Shown in pieces: positions 35,950 through 48,215 of a stretch of 64,000 nucleotides of DNA (position 1 is its first letter; each line of letters starts with the position of its first letter). The stretch is taken from positions 22,878,001 through 22,942,000 of the forward strand of contig OZ024753.1 in the NCBI GenBank assembly GCA_964016885.1, in the 5' to 3' direction. Under the pieces are notes generated by a model. It made no database searches and was not told where the DNA came from. It saw only the letters and a program-made list of their open reading frames with translations. This stretch comes from Eledone cirrhosa. Its lineage: Eukaryota. A program made the translations under genes and the position numbers.

Positions 35950-36045
35950 GAGATATAGAGGGAGATCGACCCCAGTATTTGACTGGTACTTTTTTTACCG
36001 ACCTCGAATGGATGAAAGACAAAGTTGACCTCGGCAGTTCAATGG
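35950..36045 (-). mobile_element. Diverged SINE fragment
   Basis: GATCGACCCCAGTATTTGACTGGTACTT...GGATGAAAGACAAAGTTGACCTCGGC resembles the family core. Confidence 0.65.
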
Positions 36046-36604
36046 CTATGAGTAGTAACAACACACTGTGGCATTGCTAGGTTTTTGATATCTACTTTAT
36101 TTTTTCGATTCCGGAAAGATGAAATTTTAAGCTGATTCTGTTAACGTTTAAACTCAGAACGGTCCACCCACACAGCTACTGTTTACATTTAGTGCTACCT
36201 TTTTCTTGTAAATACTATATAGACTTTGTGTTTGTTTTAATAATGTACTGGTATTTATTCATGACTAAAGATGTGAGAGATGTGAGATGGTGAAAAAGGA
36301 GGGATATTCTTTCGTGTTTTAGAGCAGCGGAAAATACCAAATATTTAATGTTTGTTTGTCTAAATTGACACGCTGAGTGAAAGGAATACCCGCCTCCAAA
36401 CAAATACACACAGCAACGGTAAATGAACAAAAACAAAACAAAATAGGGAAACATGATATAAATCAGCAATATCAAACAAATGAAAATTATTTCTCTGCCA
36501 TGTCCCCGAAATATTACAGAGGGCCAATATTACATATGCCTCTAATTAGCACGTGCTTTTCTGCGGTTTTACTTTCGTGTTCTCACAAATTTTCTCCCCT
36601 GATA

Positions 36605-36701
36605 TCTCTCTCTCTCTCGCACTCTCTTTTTCTCTCACCCACTCTCTCACTTACTCTCACAATAACTCTCTCTCACTCTCCTTCTTTCACTCTATCTCTC
36701 G

Positions 36702-36747
<46 letters not shown>
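36605..36747. repeat. (CT)n microsatellite
   Basis: Directly visible. Confidence 0.9.
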
Positions 36748-36751
<4 letters not shown>

Positions 36752-38319
36752 AATGCTCTATATTTCGTTTTTCGTTTTTCTTCTTTTTCGTCATAATATT
36801 TCTATATACAGTTTCTATTGAACTTCGTGGTTCAATATGTTCCGTTAGTTCACCAAGCACGCACACAGCACACAATTTTCGTTTTTACCAGTTTCGTTAT
36901 CATCACCAACATCATCATCGTCGTCGTTATTATTATTATTATCATCATCAATAGTAGCAGTAGTAGTAGTATCATCATCATCATCATCATCATGTTACTC
37001 TGTGAAAGACTGCTATTGTCCATTCGACACATTACTTTCGTTATAGAATGTTCGTGACGTGGAAACGGCTTTCCCTTTATGTCTCTTTGTATACAAACAT
37101 GAAAAACTTTCAAGAATGATTTTATTGTTGTCTGTAAGGTTTGCGTTCATTATGGTTACTGTTAATGTAACCAAGGGGAAATAAGAAAGAAACGAGATAA
37201 AAAAAAAAAAAATAATAACCACATAAACACCCAAATTTAGAGTAAAATCTAAAACGAAAAAAAAAAGAAAAGAAAAAACCACGCCATTATCTCACTTTAT
37301 ATAAGTTCTTCTAATTCTGCAGCATAGTTTTATTTATAATATATATGGATATTGTGTATATTTTTGACACTCAATCATTTTTGCATCGGTTATCAGAAGA
37401 ATGGAATATTCTGTTGAAAAATTGTGAAAAATCAAAAAAATATCTGACAGAAAAAATGGATATGAAGCGTGAATTGTTGGAAAGTTTAGAATAAATTCCA
37501 TAAAGAGAAATAGAATGATTAAGAGATTAAGCAGACCGATTATTAAACGCCGTTCCACCTGTAATCATGTCACTTTTCGCTTTCAGACAATTTATGATGG
37601 ATCTCCGGCTGATTTCGACGGGAAACTACCTACTAATTGTATTCAGTTGTACTTGGTTGAGTATTCCCCTGACAGTTGTACCTCTAGCACAGTCTTCAGA
37701 AGAATTTAGCGGGACATTGTAAAACAAGGTAGGTTCTTTGAATCAATAGTTATTTCGACGAAGTTTTCATAAGCACAATTTCACCAAACAGTTTTGAACG
37801 AGTATTAGCCTCTGGTAGAAGACATTTTCTTAAGGATCCGTGCAGTGATCGAACCTAGGAGCATATATTTACACAGAGGATTTCCTAGTTATCGAATCCG
37901 ACATCCTGTTTCATCAACCAAAATATCTTCTAAGGTATCTTTAGTGGCTTCTCCGTAGAGTATAGCCGGAAATACAGCCTAGTCAGACATGTCCTTGTAT
38001 TTCACTAGCAGATACATCTACATTTCCCGGGGGCACCCAAAGCTGTAGATTAGATGAATTCAGACCAACAATTTTTGAAGTCTCTGGAATTTGTTTCAAT
38101 TCTCATAAGGTCTCCTCCACACACACATACACACACGCTCACACTCATGTGTGGCCTCACCAACATCTAATACCGACAGAATTTATTTGTCGTTGACTGA
38201 ACTACCGCTATCGTCGGTAACATTCTTTTCTTCTACCAACTCCTTCCAAGGCAATACATTTCCCTTTTCCTCTCATCCTACACCGTACTACAGTTTATAG
38301 TTTTATTTAATTTCAACGC

Positions 38320-40070
38320 AATAATAATAATAATGATTGAATCATTTATTGGCCACAAGGGCCGACATATAGGGGACAATACAATAGACAGGGACAGTGG
38401 GGGGGGGGGGGGGGTTACATATACAACGTTTAAAAAATATAAATAACAATAACAAAATAAAAAGAAAAATACAACAATGAGATTTCCCCAATAGGTACCC
38501 CACCAATCCAGAACCACCTGACGCTTTGAGGGCACCCGAGAGGGGCACCCATCTCCCCCTCAAATTCACCAGCCTACAGGCGCATGCTCAGAGTAGACCC
38601 ACTAACACGAGCGATTATCGCCACATTCATCCACCTTTTAGCAAATGTACTGGGGGGGAAACACTTCTCTCTCCACCCTCACCTTCTTTTCCAAGTGAAA
38701 CTTGAAAAAGTTGATGAGGGATTGGCCGAAGAGAAAAGCGTCTGCCTTCAGTCCTTTCAACCTGGTCCACCATACAACCTCTTTCACTACCAGACAGAGG
38801 ATAAGTGCCTGCCTTTCCTGGCCAAAAGAAAGTGGTGAGTCGATCTTCACTATGGACTCGGCCGATAGCCGGATCCGTTCTACACGCGACAACAGCTGCT
38901 CGACAACTCCTCAAGTCAGTAATGACTGGAAAAGAATGGGTAGTTCATTCTCGTCGACGCCTAGAATCACTCCGAGTGCGACTCGCACTTGCCCACCACT
39001 AAATCCTCTACAGAACTCGAAAGTTGATGTTCCACTGACCACAATTCCCGCCTGGTAGAGGGCAGTGAGTGCCTCAAAACATTCCAGATGTCTAGCCCCT
39101 ATTCTTGGTCTCTTCTTGACCCAGGACTGCAGCTCAGTCATAGAGACCAGCTGCGGAAAGGCGGCTACACCTGTTCAACGTTTAGGCAGAATATCTGGAA
39201 ACGTCGCAGCCTTAGCGCATGTTTGCGCATCATTAGCCACGGCGTAGAGGGTACTGATAGCAGATGTGCGCGTACGCCAACTCCACCCTACCTTTCTGGG
39301 ATAGCATCCTCTCGGCCCATTTCTGGGTGAGTGTGGCTTCCCTGATCGTTACCTCGGCCGAATTCTTATCGACCTGTTGGTCTGGTCCGAACCAAACACC
39401 GAGAAACTTTACCAGTCCGTCCGCCCGGCGCCCGATGACGCTGTTGGACGGCATGGACTTGCCTCTCCAGGTGCCGAGCTGCAAACCCACCGACTTTTCC
39501 GGGTTAAGTTCCACTCCTGTCAACTTTTGATATTCCTCCAATGATGTTCGTCCGCATAAGCCGACACAGACTTTCCACGTCCCGGTTAGAGCGGGATGCC
39601 CTGCAACAGCTCCATCTGGGGAGAGGACACCCTTGATGCACCGATTGGGAGATCTGAAACAGTTCAGAGAGGTGGTCATTATTTTTGACCACCGAGCAGA
39701 TGCCGCTGTGCATTACAGCGATCCAGCTTCTGAAGATGGGGCGGAAACCAGCTGCTTTGAGGATAGCCTCCAGGTACCGATCATCGACCCTATCGAAAGC
39801 TTTCGATTGACCTAAATTAATCAGAGCCCCATATGAAGCCAGGTTTTCACCCTACCCTCTCTATGATGTATCGTATGAGATGGAGGTTGTAGTGTATGGA
39901 CCCGGTCGGGATTGCGCAAGTTTGCGCCTCCCCAACCAAATGCTAGACGACAAGCACCAACCTCTTTGCTAACACCGTGGCCAAAATATTAAACTCTGTG
40001 TTGAGCAGAGATATGGGCCTGAAGTTATCTAACGTGTCCCTCTTGTTCTCGTACACCCATCACCACTCGT
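38320..40070 (-). mobile_element. Decayed, 5'-truncated Tx1/L1-type LINE, second subfamily
   Basis: Fragmented ORF2 homology (HQGCPL, KSVGLQLGTWRG, VKFLGVWFGPD, TELQSWVK, VVWWTRLKGL) with stops, frameshifts and deletions. Its 3' UTR differs from the 53-58 kb element and ends in (TTA)n. Confidence 0.9.
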
Positions 40071-40134
40071 TTAAAAGAGAAGATAAAAGGTTTAGTACGG
40101 CCCTTTCTAAATTGATTTGGTTACTTTAAAATAA

Positions 40135-40319
40135 CTGTTTCTACTTTAGGCACAAGGCCAGCAATTACCCAGTGCATTACTGGTACTTTATTTTATCGAT
40201 CCCATAAGGATGAAAGGTAAAGTCAACCTCGGCGGGTTTTGAACTGAGAACGTAAAGGGACGTAACTATGCTGGAAAGCATGGCGTCTGACCCTCTACCG
40301 ATACTGTCAATTCACCGCC
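40135..40319 (-). mobile_element. SINE family A, full length
   Basis: Head GGCGGTGAATTGACAGTATCGG, B-box-like motif, core and tail all present. Confidence 0.9.
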
Positions 40320-40642
40320 AATTTCAACGCAATAATAATAATAATGATTGAATCATTTATTGGCCACAATGGCCGACATATAGGGGACAATACAATAGAC
40401 AGGGACAGTTGGGGGGTTACATATACAACGGTTAAAAAATATAAATAACAATAACAAAATAAAAAGAAAAATACAACAATGAGATTTCCCCAATAGGGGG
40501 GATGACCACCCAGGGTTGACTCAGGTACCCCAACAATCCTGAACCACCTGACGCTTTGAGGGCACCCGAGAGGGGCACCCATCTCCCCCTCAAATTCACC
40601 AGCCTACAGGCGCATGCTCAGAGTAGACCCACTCACACGAGC
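40320..40642 (-). mobile_element. Second copy of the LINE 3' end seen at 38309-38612
   Basis: Near-identical direct repeat, including AATTTCAACGC beyond the (AAT)n tail. Confidence 0.9.
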
Positions 40643-41008
40643 CATTCTGGTTACTTTAAAATAATAATATTGAATATTCCCTTTCTTGGCAGAAACTTTC
40701 TAATGCTTTGCTTTATAAAAATGCTTCCGTATCTAAAGGATGTGATCTCTGTACCACAGAAATTCTACATATCATTCATAATAGGCAATTGATTATTAAT
40801 AAACGATCTGAAATCTTTAGCTCTTGTCTCCAAAGGTGTTCGAAAACATTTCATAGAATATTTAGTTAAACTTAATCAAAAAAATTAAATAAATAATATT
40901 TCTTTATATAATTTATAAGCGATTTTATTATGTTTACACAGAAAATAAAGACGAATAGACAAAATAAGTAAACTAATATTTGTTTACCATTATAACGTTT
41001 TCATTTAC

Positions 41009-41280
41009 CTTATCTTTAGTTAGTCTATAAGTACATCACATTTAATAGTGATAAACTAGTCTGTAATACATACATCTTATCTTTAGTTAGTATATAAGTA
41101 CATTACATTGAATATATATTGATAAACTAGGCTATAATACATTCACCTTATCTTTAGTTAGTATAGAAGTAAATTACATTTAATAGTGATAAACTAGGCT
41201 ATAATACAGATAGCTTATCTTTAGTTAGTACAGAAGTACATTACATTTAATAGTGATAAACTAGGCTATAATACATATAT
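41009..41280. repeat. ~67-bp minisatellite, 4 copies
   Basis: CTTATCTTTAGTTAG recurs at 41009, 41076, 41147 and 41214. Confidence 0.9.
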
Positions 41281-41825
41281 CTTTTTTTATAATCATATTT
41301 ATACCAATAGCTAATATTTTCCTCTATTCCTATAATACCTACTTAAATATAATTGTTGAAAAGATAAATTAGGCCACGCTAATTGCATCTCTTCTTTTGA
41401 TCTAAATAATTTATCTCATAGCATTATAACCATATCAGTTATATAAAAAGCCCAAACCAATTGTTAAATATATTTCCACTGATATAATACCAATTTAAAT
41501 TATACATAGACACGGGTTATTTACCTTTGAATTTTATTATCCTAATTTTTCTTCTTTATTATTTCTCTGGTATAAAACATATATTTGTTTGTATAGTATC
41601 TATTTTCAGCTAATAAAAGTAACATATAAACTGTCTAATGGTCAATATCTATTTATTCTTTTGACCAATCTAAATACGTCGTATTTTAAATGTCAAAAAC
41701 GTTAAGTCCAACTGTATTTTTCTCCCACTCATGTAACTTCTGTGTTGGGAATTTTTCTAATCATATGCTAGGTTGTCACCGATCTGTCCAGCTCGTTTGA
41801 CCGCCAGTATATCAAAAGAAACCTA

Positions 41826-41922
41826 CATCTCCTATGTATTTTTCTGACGAGAACTTGTTTTGGATTATGTTATACATAAGCCTTGCCTCTTCGAAATATG
41901 TGTAATAAAATAAATAGAGATG
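41826..41922 (+). ncRNA. Degenerate type I hammerhead ribozyme motif
   Basis: CTGACGA (41844), GAA..TTC stem II, GAAA (41893), quasi-palindromic TATGTG, TA. Flanks CATCTCCTATGTATTTTT and ATAAAATAAATAGAGATG pair imperfectly as stem I. Confidence 0.5.
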
Positions 41923-41954
41923 ATCTAAGGTAACTATCTTTTGTTTATTATTTT

Positions 41955-42129
41955 GGCAGTATCGGTAGAGGGGCGGACGCCATGCTTTCCAGTATAGTTA
42001 CGTCCCTTTACGATCTGAGTTCAAATCCCGCCGAGGTTGACTTTGCCTTTCATCCTTACGGGGTCGATAAAATAAAGTGCCAGTAATGCACTGGCTAATT
42101 GCTGGCCTTGTGCCAAAAGTAGAAACAAT

Positions 42130-42133
<4 letters not shown>
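41955..42133 (+). mobile_element. SINE family A
   Basis: GGCAGTATCGGTAGAGG...GAGTTCAAATCCCGCCGAGG...GGCCTTGTGCCAAAAGTAGAAACAATT. Confidence 0.92.
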
Positions 42134-42188
<55 letters not shown>

Positions 42189-42360
42189 CACAATTGCAGC
42201 TATATATAAATATATATAATGTGGGTAATAATAAATATTACCCAGTTACAAGTATGGAAATAGCTCGATGTAAAATATCAAGTATATTACAGAGCTGAAA
42301 TACAATGTAAATGACAATCAAAGAGTGTTTAAAACATTTAATCACTTACCATTGTGTGTG

Positions 42361-42395
<35 letters not shown>

Positions 42396-42396
<1 letters not shown>

Positions 42397-42589
42397 ACGA
42401 AGGAAATGTGGTAAGGAACCAGGTGGACCATAACGCACCAAAGTACTCAATACTTAGGGTAGTAGAGTGGGTAATAGGAACAAGTAAGACCCCGACGGCT
42501 GAGCTCAAGCCGTTTCGACGGCTAATTCTGTACTGAATTAGCCGTCGAAACGGCTTGAGCTCAGCCGTTGGGGTCTTACTTGTTCCTAT
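42396..42589 (-). mobile_element. Short Penelope-like remnant: ~58-bp-arm palindrome plus ~78-nt tail, in (TA)n
   Basis: Palindrome 42474-42589 centred on GTAC. A homologue lies in the opposite orientation at 52526-52713. Carries the GAAA-ACGGCT..AGCCG-TC hammerhead 3' half. Confidence 0.65.
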
Positions 42590-42801
42590 ATATATATATA
42601 TTGTTATACTTGGGGAGGGTCATATTTGTGTAATATTGCCAGAATTAATAACAGAACACACTCACTGTTTGGTTGGTTTTCGCTTCTCGCTGTCTTTTAT
42701 ATCGGTAATCTAACTTACTCGGTCCTCAATGTTGCCATTGACTGACCGACGGTCAAAAATAATACAGATACAATATAGACACAAACACATATATATAGTT
42801 T

Positions 42802-42843
42802 ATCATAAATCTTTCGTTGCACATCTGCAACATCGTCAGTGGT
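42802..42843 (-). ncRNA. Minimal hammerhead motif (left arm)
   Basis: Reverse complement of 43717-43758. Confidence 0.65.
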
Positions 42844-43082
42844 GTTATATTTTCCTCCTGTTGTGTTGTATGTCTACGCCATTTTTATTCAGTCTGTCTA
42901 TATATTTATTTATTTATTTGCTTGTTTGTTTATTTTATTTCGTCTTCTTTGCGCATGCGTTTGCGTGTGTGTATAGTGTTATGTTTGCTGTGTGATGGGT
43001 GACTAGTGTGTGTTTATGTGCTTGTTGTTATTGTGTTTGTGTATGCATTTATTTATTTATTTATCTTATTTTATATACTTAT

Positions 43083-43286
43083 TTATACTTCTCTTAGGTC
43101 AGTGTTGTTTGTTTGGGTGTTGTTGTTATTCCATGCATTCTTTCTGTTTAGCTTTGATCTTCTAATTTCTATTTCACTGGCCTCTCTGATTTGCCTATCT
43201 GCTGGGTCATTTCTATGTTTAGATATTATTCTAATTTCTATGTTGTCTATGTTACCGTCATGTTGTTGTCTAGCATGCTCGTATAG
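43083..43286 (-). pseudogene. C-terminal fragment of a Penelope GIY-YIG endonuclease (left arm)
   Basis: Hand translation: LYEHARQQHDGNIDNIEIRIISKHRNDPADRQIREASEIEIRRSKLNRKNAW...*. Confidence 0.7.
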
Positions 43287-43288
43287 TT

Positions 43289-43477
43289 GCTAGACAACAA
43301 CATGACGGTAACATAGACAACATAGAAATTAGAATAATATCTAAACATAGAAATGACCCAGCAGATAGGCAAATCAGAGAGGCCAGTGAAATAGAAATTA
43401 GTAGACCAAAGCTAAACAGAAAGAATGAATGGAATAACAACACCCAAACAAACAACACTGACCTAAGAGAAGTATAA
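43289..43477 (+). pseudogene. C-terminal fragment of a Penelope GIY-YIG endonuclease (right arm)
   Basis: Hand translation: ARQQHDGNIDNIEIRIISKHRNDPADRQIREASEIEISRPKLNRKNEW...EV*; fits the H-x4-H...R-x-I-x-EA-x2-I-x4-P-x-LN-x-K-x-EW pattern. Not in the ORF track because it has no start codon. Confidence 0.75.
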
Positions 43478-43716
43478 ATAAGTAAATAAAATAAGATAAA
43501 TAAATAAATAAATACATACACAAGCACAATAACAACAAGCACATAAACACACACTAGTCACCCATCACACAGCAAACATAACACTATACACACACGCAAA
43601 CGCATGCGCAAAGAAGACGAAATAAAATAAACAAACAAGCAAATAAATAAATAAATATATAGACAGACTGAATAAAAATGGCGTAGACATACAACACAAC
43701 AGGAGGAAAATATAAC

Positions 43717-43758
43717 ACCACTGACGATGTTGCAGATGTGCAACGAAAGATTTATGAT
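43717..43758 (+). ncRNA. Minimal hammerhead motif (right arm)
   Basis: ACCA-CTGACGA-T-GTTGCA-GATG-TGCAAC-GAAA-GATT-TA-TGAT: perfect 6-bp stem II, quasi-palindromic stem III, weak stem I. Confidence 0.65.
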
Positions 43759-45605
43759 AAACTATATATATGTGTTTGTGTCTATATTGTATCTGTATTA
43801 TTTTTGACCGTCGGTCAGTCAATGGCAACATTGAGGACCGAGTAAGTTAGATTACCGATATAAAAGACAGCGAGAAGCGAAAACCAACCAAACAGTGAGT
43901 GTGTTCTGTTATTAATTCTGGCAATATTACACAAATATGACCCTCCCCAAGTATAACAATATTTGTTTCGACACACGATTTCATATAAAAAACCTCGCAA
44001 AACTATATATATATATATATATATATAAATAGGATTTTGCTTCAAGCATAGCTTTATACAAATATGTATAGAAATTTCATATTTCTAAAGAAACTCGGTT
44101 TTAGGAAGCAGAAGCTATGCAAACACCGGGGCTAACGCCTTCTGGTGGTGTCCAACAGAAGCAAGGGGACAACCGTCTATGCATTTCAGGCTTGACACAT
44201 ATATATATATATATTTAGTTCATTGATTTGCTCTGTTGGATTACAGCTTGTATGGACCTGTAACTCTTGATTGAGTTGCAGCGGCTCGGTCGTAGCGGCT
44301 GAATCGAAGATTTTTGTTGTGGGATGTTTTCAGCATTTTAATCCGGGTGGAGCTCGCCTCTCCCCAGGTATTTTTATAGTTTTTTTTTTTTTTTTTGTAT
44401 AATTGTTGCTTAATTACGTGTTGTAGTTAGACAGTGTACTTAATTAGATTACACATTTTCATTAGTGACTTCTATATAGTAATGTTTTCATAGCCCTCTT
44501 GTCCATACTTTTGTGGTTTTATGTGGCCTTCTCTCAGTTTCCATCTCTTACGAGATATGATATGATATGAGCTCCTTTTCTCTCGTATCACAATATTTCC
44601 GGTTACATGTAACAGAATTTCAACTCATAAAGGATAGAGTCGTAAAATATTCCACCAGTCCTTCAGTAATCGATATAAAAGGGTGTTCAATCAAATATTG
44701 GTCAATGTCATGCCTGAAGAACTCTAGTCAATACTTTAGAAAAGAACAATTGATTGTCATTTTTTAATAATTCTATATATTGTTTAATTCTTATATTGAA
44801 CTCAATCGATGAACTGTGACTATTCAGATTGACATCTTCTCTTGCTTCTGCAGTCCATAAAATAAGTAAAATCAATCAAGTAGTGTCCCTAAGAGGTCTT
44901 TGCTCGATATTGTTAAAAATATCCTTAAAATGAGATGCCCAATATTGTCATAGTCCATAGATAAAACACAGCAAAATAACTAAAGCAATAACCCTATTTG
45001 ATGTTAGAACTCTATGTCCTAATGCACCCTACCGACTCCCCTAGCTATTTTATTATACTATTCATTTTATCGATCTCTGTGAAAAGTGAAGTGAAAGAAT
45101 CAATTTGCTATGGAGCCGAGATTGTAATTTGACGATGTAATTGTTGGTTGTCAACGCCATCATAACATAGTCCTGACACACGATAAATAATGATTGCTTT
45201 TCATTTGGAGTTGCGAGAAATCTACAAGTAAACTATCGAATATTGCCATATTTTCTGTTTACCAGTTTTAATCAATAGACAACGACAATATTGGGAAATT
45301 CACTTCAATGTTATGGTTGATTTTATTGGTTGTATCATCTGGTGGACTCTATATACAGGGTTTTCTTGAGATTTGAATTGAGAACGTGAAAATATGTAGT
45401 CAGGTACCTGAAGCTACAGTGTCCGCTACTGTACAAATGTTACCATGTTATGTTATGTCATAATTTTTCGAAGAACAGTAATGATATAAAAGACATACAT
45501 CAATTCATGTCTTTACACAACATTCGACATGTGGGGGCAGCCATGCCTGTGTTATTAAGACATTTGTTTCACAAACATTTCTCACACCGACGCACACACG
45601 CACGC

Positions 45606-45649
<44 letters not shown>

Positions 45650-45716
45650 AAGGAAAAAAGATGAAATCGAAAATGCAACTGGAGTCTTTTTTTTTTAATA
45701 TATATTTATTTGGTTC

Positions 45717-45755
45717 GTTTACCGGTTTCGCAGTTCTTCTGCTTTTCAAAAGTAG
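45717..45755 (-). ncRNA. Hammerhead-like motif with a U3/A8 core
   Basis: Minus strand CTT-TTGAAAA-GCAG-AAGAA-CTGC-GAAA-CCGG-TA-AAC; palindromic ACCGGT; stem I only 2-3 bp. Confidence 0.45.
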
Positions 45756-46382
45756 CATTGAGATGGAGGGTTTGTGGTTTTTCTCACATCTGGTTGGTCT
45801 TTGAATGTTACTTCTGATTTATATGGAAAAAAGTGGCTCGAAATGCTAGCTTTTTAGAGAAGTAATTTGGTTGGTTGGTGAATAAGTATAATAAATTTCG
45901 CGCCAGTTCGCGTTACAAAGTTCTTATTATATTTGCCTTAAAAAAAGGGGCGGGGGTGGGGTTCAGGTTGTTTTTTTGTGAAGTTTGGTTGGTTCATGCA
46001 GTCACGCCAGTTTGTGTTTGAATTTCTTTTTACTTTAAACAAATTGTGGCTCACGAATCCTTTTTTTGTAGGACACTTCGGTTTTTTTTTCATTTTGTAA
46101 AAAAAATCTCATTTTCTAATATATATATATGTATATATATATAGAATAGAATGAAACGAAATTTCATTTAGTATGTATGTATACGTACATACATATATGT
46201 ATACAGACGTACAGTACTATGTATATATATATATACATGCACACATATATATATGCACGTATCGGTTTACCGAACATTTATTATAATGTTTGGTTTGTTT
46301 ATTTGTAAACAAACAAACAGCCCGAATTACGCCGTACAGTGTTTAGGCAACCACGTCACCTTTTTTCTACACTGACACAGGA

Positions 46383-46425
46383 ACGATGTACTAGTTTCAA
46401 GCTTATTAGCTATCGTCAGCATCGC
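46383..46425 (-). ncRNA. Minimal type I hammerhead ribozyme (left arm)
   Basis: GCGATG-CTGACGA-T-AGCT-AATA-AGCT-T-GAAA-CTAG-TA-CATCGT on the minus strand. Confidence 0.8.
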
Positions 46426-46754
46426 ATACCTTCCTGCCAGATGGTTGAACGTCTGAAAGTATATACTTTCCTTATACATATTAACGGCTGAGCAGCCTAA
46501 TTTGCATATCGAGTGAGTTCAGTCGGCCGGGCACACCGAAAACGATAAATGGAATAGAATGAAACGAAATTTCATTTCTCACTCTTAGTACGGCACTTAC
46601 TTAAATGTATGTATGTATCATTCTATTCCATTTATCGTTTTCCGTGTACCCGGTCGACTGAACTCACTCGATATGCAAATTAGGCTGCTCAGCCGTTAAT
46701 ATGCATAAGGAAAGTATATACTTTCAGACGTTCAACCATCTGGCAGGAAGGTAT

Positions 46755-46797
46755 ACGATGCTGACGATAGCTAATAAGCTTGAAACTAGTACATCGT
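46755..46797 (+). ncRNA. Minimal type I hammerhead ribozyme (right arm)
   Basis: ACGATG-CTGACGA-T-AGCT-AATA-AGCT-T-GAAA-CTAG-TA-CATCGT: 6-bp stem I, 4-bp stem II, palindromic ACTAGT stem III, predicted cleavage after 46791. Confidence 0.82.
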
Positions 46798-47017
46798 TTC
46801 TGTGTCAGTGTTGAAGAAAAACGGTGACGTGGTTGCCTAAACACTGTACGGCGTAATTCGGGCTGTTTGTTTGTTTACAAACAAACAAACCGAACATTAT
46901 AATAAATGTTCGGTAAACCGATACGTGCATATATATATGTGTGCATGTATGTATATATATGCATACTACTGTACGTCTGTATACATATATGTATGTACGT
47001 ATACATACATACATACT

Positions 47018-47051
<34 letters not shown>

Positions 47052-47329
47052 TATACTTGTTTACCAGCAAATTGAATTGCCATCTGTCATATACTATCCC
47101 TTCTCTTCTTCCTTTCTTACAACTAATATAAATACTTTGATTTTTCTGATTTTTTCCAATTTATCCAATATCTCTGGAGAAGTGACAACTGATTATACAT
47201 TTGCTATCGAATACTTGCTAACATTATATGATTACGCAAGCAGCGATACATAGGTATTCCGTCTGTTACAGAAACATATGTCAATACCTAATAAATTCCT
47301 CTATAAAAGCACTTTCATTTTATATTCAT

Positions 47330-47467
<138 letters not shown>

Positions 47468-47839
47468 CGATCGTTTCTGAATTTGTTTAGCAAAATTCTT
47501 TATCTGAAAAGGTGTGTTGAAACCGATATTGTTATACTTTTGGTGTGGCATGTTGCCAATAAGAAACACACGCACCAGATGCGTCACTCCAATTTATTAT
47601 AAATTAAATTCATAAATTTAAGAATTTATAAATTTCCGGTTGGTTGGTTGGTTTCACAACCTGCGTATATATTATTTTATGTTTTACGATGACCTCCCCC
47701 CCCCCCGTTTAGGGACAGTGTTAAATTTTTTTTTGAGAGACTGCTGGAATTTCAAATTTGGCGGTCATTCTAGCACTGACGGGGACTATCGCTGAATATT
47801 AATATCAGTATGGTTTTTTTATATTGATATTGCTGGGCA

Positions 47840-47981
47840 TCCACTGATGAGTTATAAGTGCCCACCGGCATGTATACCTATGGACTATATGCAGGGTTCT
47901 ACATAACGTGGACATTATTTTCTCAATTTGTAGAAAACTTATAACGAAACGAATTATAAACCGGTTTAAGATAATTCTGGG
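47840..47981 (+). ncRNA. Hammerhead-like motif with a long stem II
   Basis: TCCA-CTGATGA-GTTATAAGT...ACTTATAAC (9 bp)-GAAA-CGAATTAT-AAACCGGTTT-..ATAAT-TC-TGGG. The base of stem III looks damaged. Confidence 0.55.
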
Positions 47982-48103
47982 GGTTACAAAATCCTGCCTG
48001 CAATTGGAGTAGAATAAATACATCTCACTTTATTGAAATTATCTCTGTTAGTCTTCTTCTCGTATGACATATACACAATGATTAGAGAGACAGAGAGACA
48101 GAC

Positions 48104-48136
<33 letters not shown>

Positions 48137-48215
48137 GACAGGAACTAATAGATTGATTCTTTTTAGCTTCCTGTCCCCACGTAAAATTTATAAATCAGTG
48201 GCTAGTTGAGAGATA

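Larger units (their letters stand above)
42598..44003. mobile_element. Penelope-like element 3' end as a ~1.36-kb inverted repeat (arms 42598-43275 and 43288-43962, 41-nt tail to 44003)
   Basis: Near-perfect arms around a 12-nt loop. Each arm encodes a GIY-YIG-like C-terminus followed by a hammerhead motif. (TA)n on both sides. Confidence 0.85.
46144..47017. mobile_element. Non-coding Penelope-derived/retrozyme-like element: inverted ~400-bp arms with terminal redundancy
   Basis: Arms 46170-46562 and 46618-47017. GAATAGAATGAAACGAAATTTCATTT is directly repeated at 46144 and 46552. One hammerhead per arm; (TA)n flanks. Confidence 0.8.

Noticed and set aside
42729-43831. Mirror-image hydrophobic ORF pairs in the track
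   Set aside because: Antisense readings of the palindrome arms; the meaningful frame is the start-less GIY-YIG fragment.
44709-44760. CTGAAGA...GAACAATTGATT hammerhead-like trace
   Set aside because: GAAA and stem II are too degenerate to call.
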